Shown in pieces: positions 41,163-50,487 of a stretch of 64,000 nt of DNA (the first letter of the stretch is position 1; every line of letters starts with the position of its first letter). The translations under genes and the position numbers were made by a program. The DNA is from an uncultured Acidobacteriota bacterium. Lineage in GTDB: Bacteria > Acidobacteriota > Terriglobia > UBA7540. The stretch spans positions 1,472,001 through 1,536,000 of the forward strand of contig CAWDSK010000006.1 in the NCBI GenBank assembly GCA_963804995.1. Direction: 5' to 3'. The notes under the pieces are model-generated. The model saw only the letters and a list, made by a program, of their open reading frames with translations, had not been told where the DNA came from and did not search any database.

Positions 41163-42056
41163 CTAAATGCATGAATTCTGAGAATAATTGAGCGCAGCCG
41201 ACGCTTCTGATTCATCGTATTTAACTCCTCTCCTTGCATGAGAGATTTCACGCCTCCATAGATGATTCATGCGCTCGCACCTATCAGCCGCTTTAGAATA
41301 AAACTCCAATCTCTCTTGTCTCTTTTGGGCTCTTGGCTTGTTGCGCTCCGACTTCAGCTTATCGTTAATAGCATTGATCAATTCCATCCAATCTGAATAT
41401 TCTATAGGGTGTTTAACCTTGACGCGAAACTCTTTCGCAAGGATTCTTAGTCCACGCTCAGCCACCCGCATGGAATGAAATATACATGCATCGTTACGCC
41501 CAAGCACATAAGAATAGACAGCCTCTTCGCTGTCAGCCCGGGCGTCTCCAATGTATTCCCAGACCAAGGACCATTCCTGCCCCATTCTGTCCAACACCTT
41601 GGCCCTTTCGGTGGGGACAAAAGCAAAGCGTTTGTGCTTAAGGTCTCCCTGTATCGCTTCTCTTAGCACTTTTGCCTGCTGACCAACTTCCTCAATAGTT
41701 GGATTTCCTTGCAGGCAAGCGCTGAAAAGACTACACCTTTCGAGTGAAGCTTCAAGTTCTATTGCCTCACATTGGCGTTGAATGTAAAGCAATTTAGATA
41801 TAGAAGTCGCCTTAAGTTCATCGGGCAACTGAAGTTTTTGTAGTTCTTCAACGGAAACCGCATTCGCCCCAAAGCGAGCTGTCACTGCGGCGCCGGTTTT
41901 CACTTGGAGTCCAGCGCTCTCCATTTCATGGAGAAATTCGATAGCCGTAACAAACTGCCAGCATAGGAAATCGTTCATAATCTGCCACAGGTTAACCAGC
42001 CCGTGAGGGTTCCAAGGCAATGGTAATCTATCCTTGGGCAGGCTACAGGAGTTCAT
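41163..42056 (-). CDS. HEPN-like passenger protein
   Basis: EEA..ACIFHSMRVAE.GL helix and Rx4H motif (WRREISH); lower GC than host. Confidence 0.7.
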   Translation of the reverse strand: MNSCSLPKDRLPLPWNPHGLVNLWQIMNDFLCWQFVTAIEFLHEMESAGLQVKTGAAVTARFGANAVSVEELQKLQLPDELKATSISKLLYIQRQCEAIELEASLERCSLFSACLQGNPTIEEVGQQAKVLREAIQGDLKHKRFAFVPTERAKVLDRMGQEWSLVWEYIGDARADSEEAVYSYVLGRNDACIFHSMRVAERGLRILAKEFRVKVKHPIEYSDWMELINAINDKLKSERNKPRAQKRQERLEFYSKAADRCERMNHLWRREISHARRGVKYDESEASAALNYSQNSCI

Positions 42057-43988
42057 TCTGCACCTCCGGTAGCCTGTGCGTCAAGTAAGTAATCGCCCAA
42101 ATTGGGAGACTGGGGCACGCGAGAGGCGGCAAGCGACTCATCGTTCTCATCCCACTCGAGCCGGCCGTCAGGGAGATGCCGAAACGCCGAGTCTGCCATC
42201 ACCTCGGGAAGTCGGTCGCTGGCCTGCTTGACCGCCGGGGCGATTTCTGTCAGAAGCGGCGCCATTCGTCGCTGGTTGGCAAGACGCGCCAGCGCTGAGT
42301 TCATGTCCGCCAGTTGCGACCGCATCTTTTCCACGTCGATGGGCCCATGCCGCTCCTGGAAGAGCGCCGTGAAATTCCCGTCATCCCAGTAATACGTTCC
42401 GTAGGTTTCGAGGAACGGGGCGAGGAGGCGGGGCGCTTCCTGGCCGTACTGGCTCACCACCGCGTGCTGTTCCGATTGGACCGGGTCGTAGGCACTGGCG
42501 TTCCAAAGATAATCGGCGACGGTCTGGAGCGGAATCAGGGAGGCGTGGGCTTCGCTCATGGGATTGGAAAACAGACCGCGCAGCGTGGAGGGCAAAGCGG
42601 CATCACGCCCGGTCATGGGGCCCAGGTAGCGGCACCAGCGCGTGGCGTCGTTCACCGGAAAATTATCCCAAACCAGCGGCGGTCGATGAATCAAGCTGCC
42701 CCACTCTCGCGCCTGCTGGGCCGTGATCGTTGGCGAAAACGTTTTCGGGCCGGTCCACACGATCGACACGCCGGGATCAACGCCCGCGCCCAGCTCCTGG
42801 ATGTAGTCGCGGCTGCCCCATTCGTTGGTGTAGGTCGTGGGCGTCAGCGCCAGGCGATTTTTCGGAGATTGCTCTTTCAAGTACTTGAAAAGTTTGTTGG
42901 TCAAAAAAATATGGGCCTGCGCCAACGTCTTGAACTGGGCCTTATCCTGCGGGTCCTGCATGTCCTGCGGCACGTCGTCAAGGAAAAGTGCGAAGCAGGA
43001 AACGCCTAGCTTACTGACGCTTGCCAGCTTATTGGTCAGCACGTGGAAATCCGGCTCGCTCAAGTAGGCCATGGTGAGGCTGGGACTGATGGCGAAGCAA
43101 AAATCCACAAAGTTGTGGTGGGCTGCATCCACCAGTTCGCCCAGGCGATGTAAGTCTTCGGGGGGGTAGTCTTGGCGCCAAAGCTTACGATGGTAGGGGT
43201 CGTCCTTGGGCGCATAGTAGTAAACATTCATGCTGTGCGCGCCTTCAAAACGCAGGACCTCGAGGCGGTCTTGCTGCGTCCAGGGCGTGCCGTAGAACCC
43301 TTCCACCACACCGCGCTCTGCAAAGGAAGGGAAATCCGCGATGACCACGGAGAGGCCGTTCCTCTCCACCCGCACAGTCTGCGGACGGGGGATGAGGGTA
43401 CTCGCAAGACTCAAGGGTCCGGCGGCCAGGACATCCGGGATGCGCAGCAAGGCGTTGTGGAACCCTTGTGCTGTTGCGGCAGTGATGCGGAAGCGGCTGG
43501 GCGCAGAGGCGCGGGGATAGGTGGCCTGAAGCAGATAACCCTCCCGCGCAAGTTCTGCGGTGGGCTCGACGGCGGTGGAACCAGCCTCGCGCTTTAAGGT
43601 GTCGAGGAAGGTCTCAATATTCTTCTCCTCGATCAGATCAATTGCGAGGCCGCCGGTGGGCGCGACAGCGTGTGGCCGGCTTGGTGTGCTGGGTCGGAAA
43701 ACGATCGCTGCCTGGTCCTGCACTGCCATTTGTTCGAGCTGGCGTTGGAGGCGAGGGTCGAGATCCCCTGGCGCGACCACCACCCAGGCATTCACCGCAG
43801 GACGAGCATCGACGACCGAAGTGATGAGAGCGAGAGCCGCCAGACTGAAAACTGCAAGGGTTCGCATCGTGTCTCCGTGGGAACGACCTCCCCTCGTGGA
43901 ACGTGCCGAGTGTATCAGTAAGCCGAGAACCATTCAAAGGGTAGGGAGAAAACCGGGCAGCCGTGTGCCGCGGCAGGCCGTTACAGTT

Positions 43989-45188
43989 TCACCTGGCCCG
44001 CAGAGCCTTCTCGTCACGGGTCATTTTTTCAACTTCTTTTCTCTCCTCCAGCGTCCAGAACGCCGGGTCCTCCACTCCCAGGCGCCAGGCAGCGAATCCC
44101 CGCAGGTGATAGCTCCGTACAAGTTCGAGCTTTTCGCCGAGACTGCGGGCGTCGTCGAACCACGCCGTATGCCGGGTTTCGCCGTCGCTGACTTGGAACC
44201 AGGTGGTCCGTGCGTTCTCATCCCATTGCGGCTCGCTGCCGGGACTCTCAAGAAAACGCCTCAGGTCTTTGTATGTCAAGCTGTGAGACGTAATCCCTTG
44301 CGAGGTTTCCACCCAATCGCGGCCATAGAACGGCACACCCAGCAGGAGCTTCGCGGGGGGCACGCAGCGGATGGCGTAGTCGAGCGCTGCCTTCACCCAG
44401 TCGTAGCCGGCCACGGGGCCGGGCGGGGTCACCGAAGAGTGTTGATCGTAAGTCATCAGTGTAAGGAAATCAGCGGCGCGCCCCAAGGCTCGGTAATCAT
44501 ATCCCGAGCCCCACTCGCCGGTTTGAAATTCTCCCGGCGGATCGTCAGGAAAGGAGTCAGAGAAGCGCGGCACGACGGCGACGCTCAACAAGCGACGATC
44601 GCGATGGAGGCGCGCCGCCACACGCTCCACGAAATTCGCATAGGCGAGCTTGTCGGCCGGGTCGAGGTTCTCCAAATCAAGTTGCCAGCCGAGATACTGG
44701 TCGCGCTTGGCCAGATACGCCAGATACATCGCCGCGTGTTGCTGCGCCTTGCGATTGTGCAAAAGAGCGTGAGCCGTCGCCCGGTCAAAGCTGGGATTGG
44801 CAACCAGTGGCATGAGGGCCAGGCCGGTGCGCCCCCTGACCTTCAGAATCTCGGGCCGAATCTGGCCGTGCACGAAGCCCTCGTGATCGAGCCAAAAGCT
44901 CTGTGGAGCCAGCAAGGTTATGGCGCCGGCATGGGTTTCGAGCGATTCGCGCCCCCGCGAGTCGTTTGCGTAATAGAACATGGCGAGTGGGTGCTCACCC
45001 AGCACGTGCCAGCGCATCCGCTCCAGGGGCAGATCTGCTGCCGGCGCAGCTTTAGCGGGGTCAGGTTTGGAGGGACTCTTTTGCGCTGCGGTCGCGCTGG
45101 CGGCAGCCACCCAGAAAGCGAGCAGCGTCCACGCCACAACCCGCGCGAGTTGCCTATATGGACGTTTCAAGAAGATCGACGTTGCCAT
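43989..45188 (-). CDS. Secreted GH18 glycoside hydrolase
   Basis: GWQLDLE catalytic motif, LMTYDQH, LGVPFYG, AAWRLG.ED. Confidence 0.92.
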   Translation of the reverse strand: MATSIFLKRPYRQLARVVAWTLLAFWVAAASATAAQKSPSKPDPAKAAPAADLPLERMRWHVLGEHPLAMFYYANDSRGRESLETHAGAITLLAPQSFWLDHEGFVHGQIRPEILKVRGRTGLALMPLVANPSFDRATAHALLHNRKAQQHAAMYLAYLAKRDQYLGWQLDLENLDPADKLAYANFVERVAARLHRDRRLLSVAVVPRFSDSFPDDPPGEFQTGEWGSGYDYRALGRAADFLTLMTYDQHSSVTPPGPVAGYDWVKAALDYAIRCVPPAKLLLGVPFYGRDWVETSQGITSHSLTYKDLRRFLESPGSEPQWDENARTTWFQVSDGETRHTAWFDDARSLGEKLELVRSYHLRGFAAWRLGVEDPAFWTLEERKEVEKMTRDEKALRAR

Positions 45189-46564
45189 GCCTTCCAAAGG
45201 AAATAAGCGGGGATGCCGCTGCCCACCATCACCAGTCCCCACATCGAATCCGCGCGTTGCTCCCGGAACGTATTCACCAGCAGAAAAGCCGACAGGATAA
45301 CAAAAAGCGCGGGAACCACGGGATACCCCCAGGTGCGATAGGGGCGTGGCAGGTCAGGCCGGCGGCGGCGCAGGATGAAAATTCCAGTGGTCACGAGCGC
45401 GTAAAAAAGGAATTCCGCGAAAATTACCTTGGTGTAAAGCGATTGATACTGCCCGGTCAAAGCGAACAGTCCGGCAATGACAGCTTGCCACTTGAGCGCA
45501 ACGGCGGGGGTGTGAAAACGCGGATGCACAGCGGCGAGCGCCTGGGGGAACAAGCCTTCGCGCGCCGTGGCGTAAGGAATGCGTGAGCCCGCCAGAATCG
45601 ATCCATTGAGGGTGGCGAAGGTTGAAACCAGCACCCCGACAGCAATGAAAGCCCCGCCAGCGTTGCCCAGAAAGCGGCGCGCGGCGTCGGAGGCCACGGT
45701 GCTTGTCCCCAGAATCTGGGAGGTGGGAAGCACGTAAAAATACGTGAGGTTGACCAATACATAGACCCCCAGCACCAGGAGCGACCCGCCGATCAGAGCG
45801 ATGGGCAGATTGCGCTGCGGGTTTTCAACTTCCCCAGCCACCATGCTGACATTGTTCCAGCCGTCATAAGCCCAGAGCGCTGAAACCGTAGCGACCCCGA
45901 AAGCCGCGAGCAGACCGCCATGACCCGCGGTCGCCATGATGGGCCGGAAATTTTCCCAGGAGCCGTGACCGAGCGCGAGACCGAGGATGATCAGAATCGC
46001 CAGGACCAGCAGTTTCGAGACGGTGAAAACCGTCTGCACAGCGCCGCTACGGCGTACGCCCAGAATATTGAGGCCGGAGAGCAACAGCACCATCAGCGTC
46101 GCGGTAAGCTGCATGCCGGTGATGCGCAGCGAGAGGAGATGGCCGCCGATGCCGAGCGCGCCTTCCCACAGGGTCGCCCGCAGGCTCGGGAAAAAGTAGG
46201 TGAGGTAAAGGGCCCAGCCGGTGGCGATAGCAGCAATCGAGGCTGTCTTGGCGACGATGGATTGTGTCCAGCCGTAAAGAAAACTCGCGAGCGGCCCATA
46301 AGCGCGGTTGAGGTAGACGAACTCGCCCCCCGCTTCCGGTATCGACGCGCCGAGCTCAGCGTAACCCAGCGCCCCGAACAGGCTCAGGACCCCGGCCGCC
46401 ACCCACACCAGCAGGACCAGGGCCGGCGTGCCCATCTGCTGCAACATGATGCTGGGAACCACGAAAATCGCAGTTCCAATCATGGTGCCGGCCACGACAG
46501 ACGTGGCGCCAAAAACCCCCAGGCCCTTCACTAACCCCGGCTTTTCTTGGTTCGGCATGGCCAT
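45167..46564 (-). CDS. APC-family amino acid permease
   Basis: GTMIGTAIF, YAELG..P.AGG, WAYDGW, GEVENPQRNLP, RPYRTWGYP. Confidence 0.93.
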   Translation of the reverse strand: MAMPNQEKPGLVKGLGVFGATSVVAGTMIGTAIFVVPSIMLQQMGTPALVLLVWVAAGVLSLFGALGYAELGASIPEAGGEFVYLNRAYGPLASFLYGWTQSIVAKTASIAAIATGWALYLTYFFPSLRATLWEGALGIGGHLLSLRITGMQLTATLMVLLLSGLNILGVRRSGAVQTVFTVSKLLVLAILIILGLALGHGSWENFRPIMATAGHGGLLAAFGVATVSALWAYDGWNNVSMVAGEVENPQRNLPIALIGGSLLVLGVYVLVNLTYFYVLPTSQILGTSTVASDAARRFLGNAGGAFIAVGVLVSTFATLNGSILAGSRIPYATAREGLFPQALAAVHPRFHTPAVALKWQAVIAGLFALTGQYQSLYTKVIFAEFLFYALVTTGIFILRRRRPDLPRPYRTWGYPVVPALFVILSAFLLVNTFREQRADSMWGLVMVGSGIPAYFLWKAWQRRSS

Positions 46565-46585
46565 TGCTTCTGAATTTACCACTTA

Positions 46586-48058
46586 CTATCCACTCTTGAC
46601 GATATCCTTGTCTCTAATACCTGTGCGTGGCCCCAATAGACTTATCAACAGCCCGACCCCGAACGTCACCATGGTCCCGATGGCGACATACCAGGTCCAG
46701 GCGATGCTGGTGCAGCGAATAACATAGCCCAGCGTGGCGAGGGCGCACAACGCTCCCACCAGAGCCCCGCGGCTGGTGGCGCGGCGGGTCAGCACTCCCA
46801 GCAGGAAAATTCCCAGCATGCTGCCATAGGGGACGCTGGCGATGGTGAGGGCAGACTCCAGGGCGCTGCGTCGCAGGTACTGTGCCGCAAGCGCTACGGT
46901 GATGATCACCACGCCCCACAGAAATGTCATCAGGCGCGAGACCCGCAGGTAGTGCCGGTCGTCGGCGCCGGGATGCAGGTAGGGTTTATAGAAATCCATC
47001 ACCGAACTCGACGCCAGGGAGTTCAGCGCAGCACTTAAATTGGCCATGCCGGCGGCAAGGATCGCGGCGGTCAGTAAGCCCGCGAGTCCTATGGGAAGCC
47101 GGGTGACGACGAAGGTGGGGTAGATCTGGTCCGGCCGGGCAAAGGGCGTGGTGGGCGGAAAGCGCTGGTAGAAGGCGTAGAGCACCACCCCCACAATCAG
47201 GAAAAGGCTGAATTGCAGGAGCACTACGACGCCGCTCGCCAGCAGCGCGCCCTGGCTTTGGCGGCGGCTGCGCGCGGCAAGCAACTGCTGCACAATCAAC
47301 TGATCGGTCCCGTGGCTCGCGGTATTCAGGAACATGCCGCCCACCAGGCCCGTCCAGAAAAGGTAGGGCTGGGTCCAATCGAAGTGGAAGTTGAAAATCG
47401 TGAATTTGCCGCCCGCCGCCGCGGCGACGCGCACCACCTCGCCCCAACCGCCGGGAAGGCCGTGCAGAGCCACGAAGAGCGCCACCACCGTTCCTGCCAG
47501 ATAAATACTTAATTGGATGACATCTGTCCAGATAACGGCGGTCAGTCCACCCTCGACGGTGTAAAGCAGGGTGAGGACGCTGATGATGACAAGCGAAGCC
47601 GCGATCCCGGTTTTGAAAATGATGGCGATGACGATGGAGATGGCGAAGACACGCACCCCCTCCGCCAACGCGCGCATCAGCAGAAACAGGCTGGCGGTGA
47701 AGACGCGCAGGCCGTGCCCGAAGCGGCGCTCAATGAGCTGATAGGCGGTGTAAAGCTCTCCCGCGAAATACCTGGGGATGAGGAGGAAGCTCACCACCAC
47801 ACGCGCTACCAGATACCCAAAGACCAGTTGCAGAAATCCCAGGTTCGAGCCGTAGGCGATGCCGGGGGTGCTGATGATGGTGAGGATGCTGGTTTCAGCG
47901 CAGACAATCGAAAAAGTAATCGCCCACCAGGGCAGCCGGTTGCCGCCCAGAAAGTAATCGCGCAGGGTGTGCTGGCCTTTGCGAAAACGCGCCCCGAAGG
48001 CAGTGATGGCGAGGAGGTAGGCAATGACAATCGCGAGATCAATCCAACTGAAGGCCAC
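46586..48058 (-). CDS. Sodium:solute symporter family protein
   Basis: DYFLGG, SIV.AETS..T, GGLTAVIWTD, SHGTDQ. Confidence 0.92.
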   Translation of the reverse strand: MAFSWIDLAIVIAYLLAITAFGARFRKGQHTLRDYFLGGNRLPWWAITFSIVCAETSILTIISTPGIAYGSNLGFLQLVFGYLVARVVVSFLLIPRYFAGELYTAYQLIERRFGHGLRVFTASLFLLMRALAEGVRVFAISIVIAIIFKTGIAASLVIISVLTLLYTVEGGLTAVIWTDVIQLSIYLAGTVVALFVALHGLPGGWGEVVRVAAAAGGKFTIFNFHFDWTQPYLFWTGLVGGMFLNTASHGTDQLIVQQLLAARSRRQSQGALLASGVVVLLQFSLFLIVGVVLYAFYQRFPPTTPFARPDQIYPTFVVTRLPIGLAGLLTAAILAAGMANLSAALNSLASSSVMDFYKPYLHPGADDRHYLRVSRLMTFLWGVVIITVALAAQYLRRSALESALTIASVPYGSMLGIFLLGVLTRRATSRGALVGALCALATLGYVIRCTSIAWTWYVAIGTMVTFGVGLLISLLGPRTGIRDKDIVKSG

Positions 48059-48239
48059 TCCCGCTCCTCGAGGTACGTTGCTGCCGGCATGCCGCTGGCT
48101 CTCGCCGCGGCTTTGAGCAAGCATACCGCATTTCCTTAAAATCGCGACCGGGGAATCAGCGGCAGCTTAGTTTGAATGCTGTTCACGCAAGCTTTGTCAG
48201 GGAGATTCTTCCCCCTCGACAAGAGGACCCCCTCACCCG

Positions 48240-48298
48240 CCTGCGGGCCGGAGCCGAAGTGGGTTACGTATCCGAGGTGCCCCTTCGGTGGGCGTAGG
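48240..48298. mobile_element. 59-bp mini-insertion inside a REP with CCCG duplication
   Basis: CCCG[CCTGCG..CCGAAG..CTTCGG..CGTAGG]CCCG; the REP copies at 12836 and 39034 lack it. Confidence 0.75.
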
Positions 48299-48454
48299 CC
48301 CGTCCCGCCCCGGCTGGTGAAAGCGCCGGCGGCGGTCCACCCTCTCCCCCACGGGGGCGAGGGCTATAAGTCTTCAGTGCTGGAATCACGCCGCCGATGA
48401 AGAGCGGGAGGGTCGCCGTGGAGCGCCGCGCCAAAGCTTCATTCCAGATAACAG

Positions 48455-49714
48455 CTACTGTGTGGGCGCGGGGCGCGCGGGCCAGCGGCTATTCACCGGC
48501 GGCGGCCCGCTCGGGCGCACCTGCGTGAGCATCTTTTGGATGGCGTGCCCGAGGTCGGTGGCAGATTGGATCTGGTAGACGGAGCCGTTCAAGTGCCTGG
48601 TCAGGCTATGAAACGTATCCGGATAGGGATAGTGCCGTAAATCGCCGGGGAGGTATTCGAAGTAGCAGAAGCGGGGATTGGGAGTCTCCCGCACCTTGAG
48701 CATCTCGCGCGGAACCGGCTGATTATAGCGCGAGTACGGCCCCAGAATGACGACGGCGTCCGCGGGGTTCGGCGCCACCAGTTCCTGGTTGGCAAAATCC
48801 ACCAGCATATCGAGCCAGCCCCGCCATTGTTGCAATACCTGGTAAGAAACCGTTCCCAGCTCCAGGGTCCGGAGAGCGTCGGCCAGCTTTTTGAAATCCC
48901 CATCCTCAAACTGGTCTTGGCGAAACACTTCGCGCTGCTGGTCGAGATTGAGGGCCACGACGCGCACCGAGGCACAAGGAATCTGGTCAAGCAGCGTGGA
49001 AAGCGAGCCAAGCAGAAAGATGCGATCCCACACCCGCAACTTCTGTTCGCGGGAATTGGTAGGCGCGGCGTTGAGCAGGATGGTGAGCCGCAAACCTTTC
49101 CCGCTGGTATCCAGTTTGAACGGTCGCGGGCGAACTCCCAGCGGCAGGACCGTGTGGGCCGGAACGGGCGCTTCCATACCCCGTTGCCCGTGACCCAAAG
49201 CGGTATGGACACTCCAGGCTTTTCGAGAGGTCCGCCGCGATTCCTGATCGATCACCAGGACTTCAACATTGTACTGTCCTTCTCCAACGGCAAATCCTCC
49301 GCTCACCTCAGTCTGCTGTTTCAGCTTCGCGGTGTTTTTAGTATCCTGCATCTCCGGCGGCAGGGCGGGTAGCGAGAAAGTTTCGCCTAAGAGTATCGGC
49401 TCTCGACCTTCCGGGGTGACTCGCGTGAAGGCCAACATCATGCTCTCGTGTCCTCCAAAACTGCCCAGAGGACAACTGACGATGTAACCCACATCAAAAC
49501 GGAAGGCAAAATCCAGGAAGGGTTTTTGCGGCTGGATTTGACAATTCAGGAGGTCCACGGTGTGATCACCGTCGAAAAGGCGCGACACCTTCTCGCGGTC
49601 GGCGGCGTTTACAGGCCCTTGCCCTCTGCCCGGCGGCGTGACCACAACCCAGACCAGCAGGCTTACGATCAGGAGACGGCCTTTCGGAGGTAAGCGATCC
49701 CTACCAGCGCCCAT
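48455..49714 (-). CDS. Hypothetical secreted protein, possible VWA-like C-terminal domain
   Basis: Signal-like LLIVSLLVWVV; alternating beta/alpha pattern; start uncertain. Confidence 0.7.
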   Translation of the reverse strand: MGAGRDRLPPKGRLLIVSLLVWVVVTPPGRGQGPVNAADREKVSRLFDGDHTVDLLNCQIQPQKPFLDFAFRFDVGYIVSCPLGSFGGHESMMLAFTRVTPEGREPILLGETFSLPALPPEMQDTKNTAKLKQQTEVSGGFAVGEGQYNVEVLVIDQESRRTSRKAWSVHTALGHGQRGMEAPVPAHTVLPLGVRPRPFKLDTSGKGLRLTILLNAAPTNSREQKLRVWDRIFLLGSLSTLLDQIPCASVRVVALNLDQQREVFRQDQFEDGDFKKLADALRTLELGTVSYQVLQQWRGWLDMLVDFANQELVAPNPADAVVILGPYSRYNQPVPREMLKVRETPNPRFCYFEYLPGDLRHYPYPDTFHSLTRHLNGSVYQIQSATDLGHAIQKMLTQVRPSGPPPVNSRWPARPAPTQ

Positions 49715-49876
49715 GCAGTTGATCCCAACCTCCTTCAGCGCTCTGACCGCCATATTAAGGGAGATGGCCCACTCCTGCAATACCGGGAAGAATTGATAAG
49801 CACTAGCTCCGGCCCCCCGAAATTTTCGATTTGCGATTTTGGACTGGAGAGGCGGGCGAAGGTGAAGGGTTGCATT

Positions 49877-50265
49877 CGGAGCGACTAATTTCAGAGTGGG
49901 CAGGGCTCCCGGCGAAGGTGGAGGCCCTACTTCCCTCAGTTCATCCCCCGCAACAATAAAGCTTGACACTAAGCGTTACTGATTGGTATAATCCGGCTGC
50001 GCCGACTGTCGGAAGGACTTGGCGTGGAGCCACCGTAGGGAGGTCCCGCGGCGAAGCGTAAATATGAGACCGAAAACGCACCGTCTGAGCTGTTCATTCT
50101 TAGTCGACAATGTGTCGCTGGATGCCCAAAATGCCCAAAGCTGAGAACATGTTGAAAACAAAGCGCGTCAACTCGCGATTTCTGTTTGCCAAAGCTGAGA
50201 GGTTATTGAAAAAAAATACGGTTAGCAGCATTATGATAAATGGTAGAACAGGATGACAATGTGTC
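49877..50265 (+). repeat. ~390-bp promoter-bearing element, copy 1
   Basis: Near-identical reverse complement of 60972-61351. Confidence 0.95.
49963..49992 (+). promoter_or_regulatory. Consensus sigma-70 promoter
   Basis: TTGACA-18-TATAAT with extended -10 TG. Confidence 0.8.
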
Positions 50266-50487
50266 AGTGTCCAGGAAATGGCTGGACAAATGTGTTGGCC
50301 GTAGCGCCAGCATCCTGCCGGCAAATGCCCCGACGGATCGGGGCGCTACGATATCCAGTTAATTACCTGACACTACACTAGGTTCTATCGAAGCGAGACT
50401 ACAGCCGCGCCTTGACTTCGGGCAACAGAGAAGCATAAGATTCGCCGGAGTAGGTCTCATTCCTCATTGGCCAAAGGATATTTTGCC

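Larger units (their letters stand above)
39905..42097. mobile_element. IS1595-family element with passenger genes, 2193 bp
   Basis: TIRs GGCAATTATTTACTTGAC / GGCGATTACTTACTTGAC; 8-bp TSD CAAATTGG at 39897-39904 and 42098-42105. Confidence 0.95.
39240..43867 (-). pseudogene. GH84 beta-N-acetylglucosaminidase with C-terminal CBM9-like domain, interrupted by IS1595
   Basis: RGVVEGFYG.PW, YAPKDDPYHR, FLDDV, WDNFPVND; removing the IS and one TSD rejoins PQSPNL-DGDFAKW in frame (808 aa). Confidence 0.92.

Noticed and set aside
43560..45206. 548-aa plus-strand ORF and other long shadows (2225-3283, 10043-11233, 16736-18091, 18788-19912)
   Set aside because: Antisense to well-supported genes in GC-rich DNA, with no recognisable motifs
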